32,000 nucleotides of DNA from Candidatus Saccharimonadota bacterium (GCF_025273655.1 NZ_CP045921.1:210001-242000); one strand, 5' to 3'; numbered from the stretch's first letter, positions 1-15,049 are shown. A program made the numbers and translations. Notes: generated by a model from the letters alone, not told the origin.

Positions 1-647
1 TGGGTTGCGTTGATCGCTGTCTTACTGTAGGTAATCTGGCTCTCATTTGCCTGCGTACCGTTCGGCAGCTTATGAACGACAAGATTTCCCGATCCAGTCA
101 GAACTGCAAATTCCCCAAACGTATCAGAGACTGCAGTAAGTGCAGGATATGTGCTGCCATGTTGGCGACTAAAGCTATCGTTGTCGTAGAGTGACAAGGG
201 CGTGAAGTAGACGATACCCTGGCCGCCAGCGGCTTTTGAGTACGGATATGTACTAACACCGTCTTGAGAGCCGAAGAGGGGGGTGCGGCTTACTACGTAC
301 AACGAGGTATCTGAGCGGATGGTTTGGCTGTGGAGGGAGGCAAGGTCGTGGCGACTGATGCCGATACTGCTGTAGATGTCGCGTAGGTTCTGTGCGTTTG
401 TGTCGTAGGCTGCCAATAGTTCGGACGGAGCTGTAATACCTCCATACACTAGATCGTTCTCGCTAGTGGGATTGGCAGATTCGGGCGGATAGAGCAAGAC
501 GAAGGCCTGTACGCCAACCGCAAGTACTGCGGCAATAAGACCGAGCTTTCGTAAAAAAACCTCTCGTTTGAGACGACGATCGTATGCACTGAGCTCACCC
601 ACCAAACTCGGGCTATACGAGAGACCTGCGACTAATTTTCGAAACAT
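1..647 (-). CDS. hypothetical membrane-anchored protein, N-terminal part (ORF runs off the window start)
   Basis: My own reverse-strand translation from the ATG at 647-645 reads MFRKLVAGLSYSPSLVGELSAYDRRLKREVFLRKLGLIAAVLAVGVQAFVLLYPPES... and stays open to base 1. It has one N-terminal TM helix. It is missing from the ORF track because it is edge-truncated. No family recognised. Confidence 0.55.
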   Translation of the reverse strand, partial: MFRKLVAGLSYSPSLVGELSAYDRRLKREVFLRKLGLIAAVLAVGVQAFVLLYPPESANPTSENDLVYGGITAPSELLAAYDTNAQNLRDIYSSIGISRHDLASLHSQTIRSDTSLYVVSRTPLFGSQDGVSTYPYSKAAGGQGIVYFTPLSLYDNDSFSRQHGSTYPALTAVSDTFGEFAVLTGSGNLVVHKLPNGTQANESQITYSKTAINAT

Positions 648-722
648 GTTTGTGTGCCCATCCAGATAACCCTTTTCAACTACTAGTCATTTTAGCATAA
701 GAAATATGTTCAGTGCAATCAC

Positions 723-751
723 TTGAGTGAACAATAGTTATCCGGTATACT
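723..751 (+). promoter_or_regulatory. candidate sigma70-type promoter for gyrB-gyrA
   Basis: TTGAGT (723-728), 17 nt, TATACT (746-751). It lies 45 nt upstream of the gyrB ATG, which has a GAGGGA SD. Confidence 0.45.
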
Positions 752-790
752 GGAAGAGTTGTAAATAGCTGCTACGATAGGAACAAGTGA

Positions 791-2773
<1,983 letters not shown>

Positions 2774-2775
2774 TT

Positions 2776-5286
2776 ATGAATGATGACAAAGATACAACAA
2801 TGCCACAAGACGCAGCAGACATGCCTGGCGAACAATATGAAGAAGTAGCCGGTGTAGAGCGTCGTTCACTCGAAAAGGTAATGGAAGAGAGTTTCTTCCG
2901 CTATTCGATGAGTGTGATTATCGAGCGAGCATTGCCAGATGTGCGCGATGGTCTCAAGCCAGTACATCGCCGCATATTGTACTCGATGGAAGACAATGGC
3001 TGGCGTAGCGGCGGCAAATTCGTCAAGTCGGCTCGTGTTGTCGGTGACGTGATTGGTAAGTACCACCCGCACGGTGATACGTCGATCTATGACTCGATGG
3101 TGCGTCTCGCACAGCCATGGGCACTTCGTTTGCCACTTGTGAATGGCCAGGGAAATTTCGGCTCAATGGACGGCGACCCTGCTGCTGCATATCGTTACAC
3201 GGAGGCCAAGATGACACGCATCGCCGAGGAGATGCTTGTCGATATCAACAAAGACACGGTTGATTTCCGACCAAACTTCGATGGCTCCGAGCAAGAACCA
3301 GCGGTGCTCCCGGCGAAGATACCGAATCTCTTGCTCAACGGACAGATTGGTATTGCGGTCGGTATGGCGACCAACATTCCACCACACAACCTCGGCGAAC
3401 TTGTCGACGCCTCGGTGGAGTTGATCGATAACGAATCAGCAACCATCGATGATCTTTTGAAACATGTCAAAGGTCCCGATTTCCCAACCGGTGCGATTGT
3501 GTATGGTGGAGCTTCGATGAAACAGGCCTACATGACCGGTCGTGGCAGTGTGACAGTGCGTGCAGTCGCGGCAATTGAAGAGACGAAAAAGGGACGTCAC
3601 CAGATCGTAGTGACAGAGATCCCATATGCCGTCAACAAAGCAACGCTGATTGAGAAGATTGGCGAGCTTTACAAAGAGAAGAAGCTTGCACTTGCCGATC
3701 TACGCGACGAAAGCTCGCGCGGCAAGGTACGTATCGTGATCGAACTTAAGAAAGACGCGTATCCCAAGAAGGTGCTCAACCAGCTGTTTAAACTGACATC
3801 ACTTCAGACTAGCTTCAATTTCAACATGCTTTCGCTGGTGGATGGTATTCAGCCGCGTATTCTTGGCTTGCAGGAGATGCTGCAGGAATTCATCAAGCAT
3901 CGTCAGAAAGTAGTACGACGTCGAACAGAGTTTGAGTTACGTAAAGCCAAAGAGCGCGCGCATATCCTCGAAGGGTACAAGATTGCACTAGATCATATCG
4001 ACGAAGTAATCAAGACAATTCGTGCAAGCAAGACACAGGATGAGGCCGAAAAAGCGCTCATAGCTAAGTTTAAGCTGAGCGAAATCCAAGCGAAGGCAAT
4101 CCTAGCAATGCAGCTGCGTCGTCTCACAGGTCTTGAGCGTGAAGCAATTGAAAATGAACTCAACGAGCTATTGGTGCTCATCGCAAAGCTTGAAGGTATT
4201 TTGGCTGATGAGAAGGAAATTCTCAAAATCATCAAAACTGAGCTGCTCGAGATGAAAGATAAATATGATGATGAGCGTCGCTCGCAGATAATCAATCACG
4301 AGCTTGGCAAATTTAGTGATGAAGAGCTGATTCCAGAAGAAGAATCGGTAATCCTCCTGACGGGCGAGAATTACATCAAACGTACACTCGCAAGCGATTA
4401 TCGCAAGCAAAACCGCGGCGGTAAGGGTAAACGCGGTATGACGACGAAGGAAGAAGATATCATTCATCAGCTAGTACCGGCGAGTACGCATGACTTCTTA
4501 CTGTTCTTTACGAACAAGGGTCGCGTGTTCCGTCTCAAGGCGTACGAAGTGCCAGCGGCGGGACTTGCGGCTAAAGGTGTGGCAGCGGTCAATCTACTAC
4601 AGCTGCAGCCCGAGGAGAAGATCACCTCGATCATCAAACACGAGAAGGACGCAAAAGACGAAGGCTATCTCTTTATGGCAACCGTGAAAGGTACCGTTAA
4701 GAAGACGCCACTGAAGGATTATGCCAATATTCGCACCAATGGTCTGATCGCAATTAAGCTTGATGACGGTGATGAACTACGCTGGATCAAAAAGACGACA
4801 GGTGAGAACGATGTTATCATATCGACCTCGGCTGGCCAGGCGATTCGCTTCAATGAATCTGACGCGCGACCAATGGGGCGATCGGCTCGCGGTGTGCGGG
4901 GTGCACGTCTGCGACCAAACGACTGGGTTGTGGGGATGGATGTAGTGACTGATGCGGAACAAACGCTCCTGGTGATCAGTGAAAAAGGCTTTGGTAAGAA
5001 GACGAAAGCCGAGCATTTCCCGAGCCATAAGCGTGGTGGGGTTGGTATTAAAGCGGCGGTAGTTACGGCCAAGACTGGTCCAATCATCTCGGTGCAGACG
5101 ATCGATCCGGAAGCAACCGAAGCGATTCTTATCTCGAAGAATGGTCAGACGATTCGACTGGCACTTGGTGATATTAAGTTGCTTGGTCGCACTACACAAG
5201 GCGTGACAATCATGCGTCTTGCGGATGGCGACAGCGTGTCTTCAATCGGCTTGATTAGCGAAAAACCAGAGGTGGAAGAAGAGTAA
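2776..5286 (+). CDS. gyrA: DNA gyrase subunit A
   Basis: 836 aa, starting 3 nt after the gyrB stop. Motifs DGLKPVHRRILY, the AAAYRYTEAK catalytic Tyr region and GIAVGMATNIPPHN. The C-terminal part is repeat-rich, consistent with the GyrA beta-pinwheel. Confidence 0.97.
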   Translation: MNDDKDTTMPQDAADMPGEQYEEVAGVERRSLEKVMEESFFRYSMSVIIERALPDVRDGLKPVHRRILYSMEDNGWRSGGKFVKSARVVGDVIGKYHPHGDTSIYDSMVRLAQPWALRLPLVNGQGNFGSMDGDPAAAYRYTEAKMTRIAEEMLVDINKDTVDFRPNFDGSEQEPAVLPAKIPNLLLNGQIGIAVGMATNIPPHNLGELVDASVELIDNESATIDDLLKHVKGPDFPTGAIVYGGASMKQAYMTGRGSVTVRAVAAIEETKKGRHQIVVTEIPYAVNKATLIEKIGELYKEKKLALADLRDESSRGKVRIVIELKKDAYPKKVLNQLFKLTSLQTSFNFNMLSLVDGIQPRILGLQEMLQEFIKHRQKVVRRRTEFELRKAKERAHILEGYKIALDHIDEVIKTIRASKTQDEAEKALIAKFKLSEIQAKAILAMQLRRLTGLEREAIENELNELLVLIAKLEGILADEKEILKIIKTELLEMKDKYDDERRSQIINHELGKFSDEELIPEEESVILLTGENYIKRTLASDYRKQNRGGKGKRGMTTKEEDIIHQLVPASTHDFLLFFTNKGRVFRLKAYEVPAAGLAAKGVAAVNLLQLQPEEKITSIIKHEKDAKDEGYLFMATVKGTVKKTPLKDYANIRTNGLIAIKLDDGDELRWIKKTTGENDVIISTSAGQAIRFNESDARPMGRSARGVRGARLRPNDWVVGMDVVTDAEQTLLVISEKGFGKKTKAEHFPSHKRGGVGIKAAVVTAKTGPIISVQTIDPEATEAILISKNGQTIRLALGDIKLLGRTTQGVTIMRLADGDSVSSIGLISEKPEVEEE

Positions 5287-5287
5287 T

Positions 5288-5710
5288 ATGTCCCCGTATC
5301 TGCTCGCAATACTCCTGGCATGGCTGGCGGCACAAGGCGCCAAATATGTCACGAGTATTGTGCGAACAGGTAAGCTGACAGATTGGCGCCAGCTATATAT
5401 CTCGGGTGGAATGCCGAGTGCGCATAGCGCAACGATGATCGCTATTACGACCGTCATCGGTCTTCGGGACGGATTTAACAGTGGATTATTCGGATTAGCG
5501 GTTATGGTGTCGGTGATTGTGATGTACGATGCCATGATGGTGCGCCGTTCAAGTGGTGCTCAAGGCGAAGCGCTGAAGGCACTGATAACAGAGTTGAAGA
5601 GCGTCATCGCTGCGCCAAAAGTCGTGCGTGGTCACCAACCGACTGAAGTACTGATAGGGGCACTAGTGGGCGTGGCTGTCGGGTACATTGTCTTTTTGGC
5701 TACGATTTAA
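5288..5710 (+). CDS. divergent PAP2 / DUF212 (YuiD-like) membrane protein
   Basis: 140 aa with multiple TM helices. The GGMPSAHSA motif is characteristic of the divergent PAP2 (acid phosphatase/vanadium haloperoxidase-related) family. It abuts the gyrA stop. Confidence 0.75.
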   Translation: MSPYLLAILLAWLAAQGAKYVTSIVRTGKLTDWRQLYISGGMPSAHSATMIAITTVIGLRDGFNSGLFGLAVMVSVIVMYDAMMVRRSSGAQGEALKALITELKSVIAAPKVVRGHQPTEVLIGALVGVAVGYIVFLATI

Positions 5711-5723
5711 TGCAAGAAAACTA

Positions 5724-5753
5724 TTGACGCCAACCCTGTTTGTGCGGTAAGCT
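5724..5753 (+). promoter_or_regulatory. candidate 16S rRNA promoter
   Basis: TTGACG (5724-5729), 18 nt, TAAGCT (5748-5753). The -35 is good and the -10 is weak. It is the only TTGAC-type box between the upstream CDS and 16S. Confidence 0.3.
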
Positions 5754-5854
5754 AAGTATCAGTCTGGTCGTGAGCGGGGTACTCGGAAACGAAAGGCCTC
5801 ACGTAAGCGACAAAAACAATTTGGTTTTGTGGAGCGAAGCGAGCAGATTTAGAA

Positions 5855-5867
5855 TGTTCATTAACAA
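5855..5867 (+). promoter_or_regulatory. BoxA-like antitermination element in the 16S leader
   Basis: TGTTCATTAACAA matches the remembered E. coli rrn boxA TGCTCTTTAACAA at 11/13 positions. It sits about 70 nt upstream of mature 16S. Confidence 0.4.
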
Positions 5868-5886
5868 TTAGGTTGTGCAAATCATC
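5861..5886 (+). other. 5' strand of the 16S processing stem
   Basis: TTAACAATTAGGTTGTGCAAATCATC is complementary to 7553-7578 at 24 of 26 positions. This is the classic RNase III-type stem enclosing 16S. Confidence 0.75.
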
Positions 5887-5932
5887 GTCAGTTAATTATG
5901 TATAGTAGCTAGGTATTGGATTTTCCAATACA

Positions 5933-7411
<1,479 letters not shown>

Positions 7412-7552
7412 AGGGAGAAACTATGCCTGCTGTTCGAGCAATCAACAGTAGAGCTAGGTCGGTCTTGTTATTGTGCTGAGCTTACACAATAAGTATCTTC
7501 TCATTTAGAGAAGACAAGACAAAGTTCAACAAAAAACCTATATAGACTGCTT

Positions 7553-7578
7553 GATGATTTGCACAACCAGATTGTTAA
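7553..7578 (+). other. 3' strand of the 16S processing stem
   Basis: GATGATTTGCACAACCAGATTGTTAA pairs with 5861-5886. Confidence 0.75.
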
Positions 7579-7582
7579 TACG

Positions 7583-7615
7583 AAAACTACCTTCCTTAAT
7601 GGAGGGTAGTTTTTG
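7583..7615. terminator. bidirectional intrinsic terminator after 16S
   Basis: AAAACTACCTTCC / TTAAT loop / GGAGGGTAGTTTT (13 bp with one G:U), followed by a T-run on the + strand. Its complement gives a T-run for the converging minus-strand gene. Confidence 0.6.
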
Positions 7616-7678
7616 GTTGGACAGGGGTGAGAGGATGCTCAGGACTCACCTAGCATACTCTAGTAGTGCGAGTTGTGA

Positions 7679-7975
7679 TTATTCTTCGACAACAGGGGGC
7701 GGCGTATCGGCACCACCACTGATACCACCGAAGAGTGACCCTAACACTAAGTGTAGGATAAGTGGTACGATATTGATCATTGTAAGGAACCCTACTACGA
7801 TAGCAATCAGCGAGTAGAGCTTATAACGCTCGTAATCTGCCATACCACCGCCCATAGCGTTAGCAATCGGTTGGTGAAAGCGCAGTACAAGGGTGGCCAC
7901 GATCATGATGCCGAGCCCTGCGAATGCCCAACTAAAGTTGAATTCATATCCCATGTCACCAGTATACTCTTGCAA
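7679..7975 (-). CDS. small hypothetical membrane protein
   Basis: The 98-aa ORF opens with TTG at 7975, and an ATG at 7954 would give 91 aa. It has 2-3 hydrophobic helices and a Gly-rich, Pro-rich C-terminus. No family recognised. It lies antisense between 16S and the tRNAs. Confidence 0.55.
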   Translation of the reverse strand: MQEYTGDMGYEFNFSWAFAGLGIMIVATLVLRFHQPIANAMGGGMADYERYKLYSLIAIVVGFLTMINIVPLILHLVLGSLFGGISGGADTPPPVVEE

Positions 7976-7998
7976 ATCATGAAAATCTACGCTAAAAT
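7970..7998 (+). promoter_or_regulatory. strong candidate promoter for the tRNA-Ala/tRNA-Ile unit
   Basis: TTGCAA (7970-7975), 17 nt, TAAAAT (7993-7998). It lies about 55 nt upstream of tRNA-Ala. Confidence 0.55.
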
Positions 7999-8054
7999 GG
8001 ACTAAGTCTGTCGACGAACCTACAGAGGTGAGAAGGCGGAAGATGTTTACATTT

Positions 8055-8132
8055 TGGGGCGTTAGCTCAGTTGGCTAGAGCACCTGCTTTGCAAGCAGGG
8101 GGTCCGGGGTTCGAGTCCCCGACGCTCCACCA
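8055..8132 (+). tRNA. tRNA-Ala (anticodon UGC), CCA encoded
   Basis: Folded by hand into a cloverleaf. Acceptor GGGGCGT/ACGCTCC includes the G3:U70 Ala identity pair. Anticodon loop is CTTTGCAAG, T arm is CGGGG-TTCGAGT-CCCCG, and the 3' end is ACCA. Confidence 0.95.
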
Positions 8133-8278
8133 AGATTTGTGCCCATCCCCAGGATGGGCCTAAATCTTGGTCAATCATCGATGTCGATGATTGATAGCGC
8201 ACCTTCCCATATGGGGTGAACCAGGCTTCGGTCTGGAACACTCCACCAGAATTTATATCCACACCCCTAGAGAAGTGT

Positions 8279-8355
8279 GGGCGATTAGCTCAGCTGGTTA
8301 GAGCGCGTCACTGATAATGACGAGGTCGGAGGTTCAAGTCCCTCATCGCCCACCA
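8279..8355 (+). tRNA. tRNA-Ile (anticodon GAU), CCA encoded
   Basis: Acceptor GGGCGAT/ATCGCCC. Anticodon stem-loop is CGTCA-CTGATAA-TGACG. T arm is GGAGG-TTCAAGT-CCCTC, with one A:C mismatch at 51:63. The 3' end is ACCA. Confidence 0.9.
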
Positions 8356-8412
8356 TTCTCTAGGGGTGTATTTCATATGTTACCTTGCACAAATTGTATA
8401 CTATACTCGAAG

Positions 8413-8898
8413 ATGATGGCCGTAGAAAAATTTCGAGGAAAGTATTTTCCGTTTAGCAATATGTACCCACTAACAGAATGGATACGAGCTGACTGTGGTG
8501 TATTAGTACCTACGTCCGAGCATGCTTATATGTCTGCTCGATTTCGAGACCCTGTCGTTCAACTGCACGTAGCGAACGCGAGGGCAACCGACGAAAGCTC
8601 AGTTGTCGGTAATGGTCGTGCGGCAAAAGAGAGGGCGTATTGGTATATAGATCGAGGAGCATCGCTCCTCGTGAGTGACGAGACGGCGAAGATTGCATTG
8701 ATGAAGCGAGTGGTAGCTCGCAAGTTGCAGGCTAATCCAGAAATACAGTCTCTTTTAAAAGAGACTGGAGATGAAGATATTTACGAGGGGAATGATTGGG
8801 GTGACAATTTTTGGGGTGTGTCTCCAGTGGGATCGCGACATGGCAAGAATAACCTTGGCAAAATCCTCATGGAGCTAAGAACCTGCGCGGATGGTTAG
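8413..8898 (+). CDS. NADAR (DUF1768/YbiA-like) family protein
   Basis: Motifs F.GKYFPFSNMYP, TSEHAYMSARF, ETGDEDIYEGNDWGDNFWGV and GKNNLGKILMELR match the NADAR family pattern. The start is ambiguous (8377, 8413 or 8416). The track ORF start at 8317 lies inside tRNA-Ile and is an artefact. Confidence 0.8.
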   Translation: MMAVEKFRGKYFPFSNMYPLTEWIRADCGVLVPTSEHAYMSARFRDPVVQLHVANARATDESSVVGNGRAAKERAYWYIDRGASLLVSDETAKIALMKRVVARKLQANPEIQSLLKETGDEDIYEGNDWGDNFWGVSPVGSRHGKNNLGKILMELRTCADG

Positions 8899-8922
8899 AT
8901 CAAACAAATGGCCTTGGTGCTG

Positions 8923-8931
8923 TGCTATAAT
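8923..8931 (+). promoter_or_regulatory. extended -10 promoter candidate for the 6-TM protein gene
   Basis: TGcTATAAT (8923-8931). A second -10-like TAAAAT at 8948-8953 sits 9 nt before the ATG at 8963. No SD precedes the ATG. Confidence 0.35.
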
Positions 8932-8962
8932 CTTGAGCACGATCAATTAAAATAAATATAGT

Positions 8963-9577
8963 ATGCTCGAGTTTTTTCTTACTAGTCTTATCATCCTGAT
9001 CTCTCTGTATGGATATATTGTGTATGGCTTCGAAACGATGCGTCGCGCGCTGCGACCGCGGACGGCAACCTGGCTTATCTGGGCAATTCTCAGTACCTGC
9101 GTAGCATATCTACAACTTAAGCATGGTGCAGGCTTGGGCGCAGTGGTGACAATCGTGGCGGCTGGAGGTAACTATATACTCGCCGGTATGGCGTGGCATT
9201 ATGGGCACAAAAACATCCATCCGATCGACATATTGAGTAGTCTTGCGGCTGTCGGCGTGTTGGTTCTCTGGGCGACAGCTAGCGATCAGGTAACGACAGC
9301 ATTTGCGACGCTTGCGTATCTGTTTGGATTCCTGCCGACGTTTGAGCGCGCATGGCGTAAGCCCTACGATGAGATTATGACACCGTTTGTGATGAATATG
9401 CTCAAGTATGCGCTGTCGCTATTACTGATCGGTAACTATGCTATCGAGACGACCCTATACCCTGCGATTCTCGCGATCTTCAACGCTTCGTTTCTCGTGA
9501 TGATGCTAAGTCGGCGAAAACTCAAAAAACTGCCCAAAAAACCTATTGCAAAAAAACGCCGTACACGCTATAGTTAG
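8963..9577 (+). CDS. hypothetical polytopic membrane protein (about 6 TM) with a Lys/Arg-rich C-terminal tail
   Basis: 204 aa. Hydrophobic helices run throughout and the tail is RRKLKKLPKKPIAKKRRTRYS. No family recognised with confidence. A small-transporter fold is only a guess. Confidence 0.75.
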   Translation: MLEFFLTSLIILISLYGYIVYGFETMRRALRPRTATWLIWAILSTCVAYLQLKHGAGLGAVVTIVAAGGNYILAGMAWHYGHKNIHPIDILSSLAAVGVLVLWATASDQVTTAFATLAYLFGFLPTFERAWRKPYDEIMTPFVMNMLKYALSLLLIGNYAIETTLYPAILAIFNASFLVMMLSRRKLKKLPKKPIAKKRRTRYS

Positions 9578-9671
9578 TAGCAGTGAAGCGAATGTTCTAA
9601 GGAACCTCTGGCGGTGTGAAAACACTTCGTACTACGTATCTACAGCGAGTACAAACTACAACATTTACCAC

Positions 9672-9701
9672 TTTACAAATTGCGAGGCGAAGTGGTAATA
9701 T
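9672..9701 (+). promoter_or_regulatory. candidate 23S-5S promoter
   Basis: TTTACA (9672-9677), 18 nt, TAATAT (9696-9701). It lies upstream of the BoxA-like element at 9802. Confidence 0.25.
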
Positions 9702-9801
9702 CAGAAAGCTGCTTTCTGGAAGAGTTTTGAGCGCAAACAGGTAGTCCACCACGATATGTGTTGAACTAAAGTGTGCTCTCAAAGTGTGACAGTGCAGGGA
9801 C

Positions 9802-9811
9802 GTTAACAATT
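9802..9811 (+). promoter_or_regulatory. second BoxA-like core ahead of 23S
   Basis: GTTAACAATT shares the 9-mer TTAACAATT with the 16S leader element (5861-5869). Confidence 0.3.
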
Positions 9812-9872
9812 TACAGAAGAAATTAGAGTTTTTATAGATTGACGGCTTAGTTTTTGCTCTGTAGCAATTACT

Positions 9873-13184
<3,312 letters not shown>

Positions 13185-13346
13185 AGTAATTGGTGTGGAG
13201 CACACCAATAGTCAATCAAAAGACTCGCACATTTCTAAACAAGCATTCGTGTCCGTTCTAAGGACATCGAAGCGAGGCTCTTTCATAAGACTTGGACCCA
13301 CTGATAGTGTATCAGCGCAAAGTGTCCCGAGCAGAAACGGCCTTAC

Positions 13347-13454
<108 letters not shown>

Positions 13455-13460
13455 TTATAA

Positions 13461-13494
13461 AAAGACCATCCTAATAGGGTGGTCTTTTTCTTTT
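13461..13494 (+). terminator. intrinsic terminator of the 23S-5S unit
   Basis: GACCATCC / TAATA loop / GGGTGGTC, followed by TTTTTCTTTT. Confidence 0.75.
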
Positions 13495-13688
13495 GTGACT
13501 CATGCAGTGGATATGCTATAAATACAACAGTCAATGGCTAAAAAACTTCGTATTTCACTGAGGTGCGTGAAATGTTCCTGCTAGTTGACTCGAGATGTTT
13601 CACGATCAGTAGGTAAGTTGCCAGGCAATTTTTCACATGGTACGGTGAGGTATATGAGGCTCTAAAGTTTCATGTAAGGAGGTAGTGT

Positions 13689-14672
13689 ATGAACACCAGT
13701 GTACTGACAACCACAAAATCTAAAGTACCGTATGCTGTCATGGCTGTGGCAACAGTCGCGACATTGTCGGTCGGTATCCTGGCGTCGACACCGTCGCACG
13801 CATTGGGCGGGCAGTCACAGGTGCAAGCTGCATCTGCGCAGTACCAAAACGAAATCGACAAGCGCTATCAGAGTGATGCTGTGTTTCGCCAAGTGCTTGG
13901 TGCTCCAATAGGTGGCATACAGCGAGACGGCGAAGTGTACTTCCAAAATTATCAAAATGGCCGGGCGTATTATGCTGCGGGCTATGGTGTCCATGAAGTG
14001 CATGGCAATATCTATACGCTGTTTACTCAGCTTGGTGGGCACCGTGTGACCGGGATACCCGTCACAGACGAGGCCGCGACACCAGATGGCAAGGGTAAAT
14101 TCAACCATTTCAATAAGATGGCAAATAGCCCAGAAGCAGTCTCATCGATTTACTGGACGGCTGCGACAGGTGCGCATTATGTACAGAACAAAATTCACGT
14201 CAAGTGGGTGGCAACGGGCTGGGAGAATGGTCCGCTTGGTTATCCAATAACAGACGAGGCAACTGCCAAAGATGGCGTATCGAAATATAACAACTTCCAA
14301 CAAGGAACGATATACTCATCTGCACAGTACGGTGAAAAGTATGTCGTAGGCGAGATCTATAAAAAGTGGGCCCAGTACAATTACGACGGTGGCTTTTTGG
14401 GTAAGCCCATGAGCGATGAGACGAAGACGCCAGATGGAAAAGGCCGTTTCAATGTGTTTGAGGGTGGGTCTGTCTACTGGTCGCCGGCATCTGGCGCGCA
14501 TAGCATAGGAGGCAAGATCCGTGACGGTTGGGCGGCAATAGGCTGGGAGGTCTCGTGGCTTGGTTATCCGACGAGTGATGAATACAATATTCCAGGTGGT
14601 AAAGGCCAAGACTTTCAGGGTGGTTATATCCGCTGGACTCCACAGACGGGTGTGGTGGCATATCGCAAGTAG
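13689..14672 (+). CDS. secreted LGFP-repeat protein
   Basis: 327 aa with a strong SD (AAGGAGG) and an N-terminal signal/TM region. It has about 5 repeats of the pattern G.I...W...G...G.LGYP.(S/T)DE......G...F.GG.IYW, which is the LGFP cell-wall-associated repeat family. Confidence 0.85.
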   Translation: MNTSVLTTTKSKVPYAVMAVATVATLSVGILASTPSHALGGQSQVQAASAQYQNEIDKRYQSDAVFRQVLGAPIGGIQRDGEVYFQNYQNGRAYYAAGYGVHEVHGNIYTLFTQLGGHRVTGIPVTDEAATPDGKGKFNHFNKMANSPEAVSSIYWTAATGAHYVQNKIHVKWVATGWENGPLGYPITDEATAKDGVSKYNNFQQGTIYSSAQYGEKYVVGEIYKKWAQYNYDGGFLGKPMSDETKTPDGKGRFNVFEGGSVYWSPASGAHSIGGKIRDGWAAIGWEVSWLGYPTSDEYNIPGGKGQDFQGGYIRWTPQTGVVAYRK

Positions 14673-14768
14673 CGAATGTTCTTCTTGGACTGCCGGATGC
14701 AAGGAGAGCCGCGTTGTGCGGCTCCTTTGCTAGGCTCCCTTGTTCTTGAGGGATGGCTCGCTTATGCA

Positions 14769-14809
14769 CAATTAAAATAACCCGCCTCGCAGACGGGTTA
14801 TTTTAATTG
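14769..14809. terminator. terminator hairpin after the LGFP-repeat gene
   Basis: A perfect 16-bp stem, CAATTAAAATAACCCG / CGGGTTATTTTAATTG, with A/T runs on both sides. Confidence 0.65.
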
Positions 14810-14944
14810 TGGTGGAATGTATATGTGTGTTTGTATACATTCTAACAGGTGCCGCTGTTAGTTCATATGAACTTATATCTATAGTATCGCACCACATGCA
14901 TAAGTGCAATAGTTTTTTCATAATAAAAGTGCTTATTGTAAATG

Positions 14945-14973
14945 TTGACAAAAAGCGTAAGCTATGTTATATT
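14945..14973 (+). promoter_or_regulatory. near-consensus promoter upstream of the KGG stress protein gene
   Basis: TTGACA (14945-14950), 17 nt, TATATT (14968-14973), with a TGt extended -10. Confidence 0.6.
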
Positions 14974-15009
14974 GAATTCATACACATATCATGTGTGAGG
15001 TATAAGCGA

Positions 15010-15049
15010 GGGTTTCCCTGCCAAGTGGCATGTGGAAACCTTTTATTTT
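15010..15049 (+). terminator. terminator-like hairpin plus U-run inside the 5' leader (attenuator or about 70-nt sRNA end)
   Basis: GGGTTTCC-c-TGCC-AAGT-GGCA-tgt-GGAAACC, followed by TTTTATTTTA. It lies between the predicted TSS (about 14980) and the SD GAGGAG (15052-15057). Confidence 0.45.

Noticed and set aside
8062-8376. The ORF at 8062-8262 (-), and the N-terminal extension of the NADAR ORF back to 8317.
   Set aside because: The first is antisense to tRNA-Ala and the structured spacer. The second begins inside tRNA-Ile (8279-8355). Both are artefacts of open reading frames across RNA genes.
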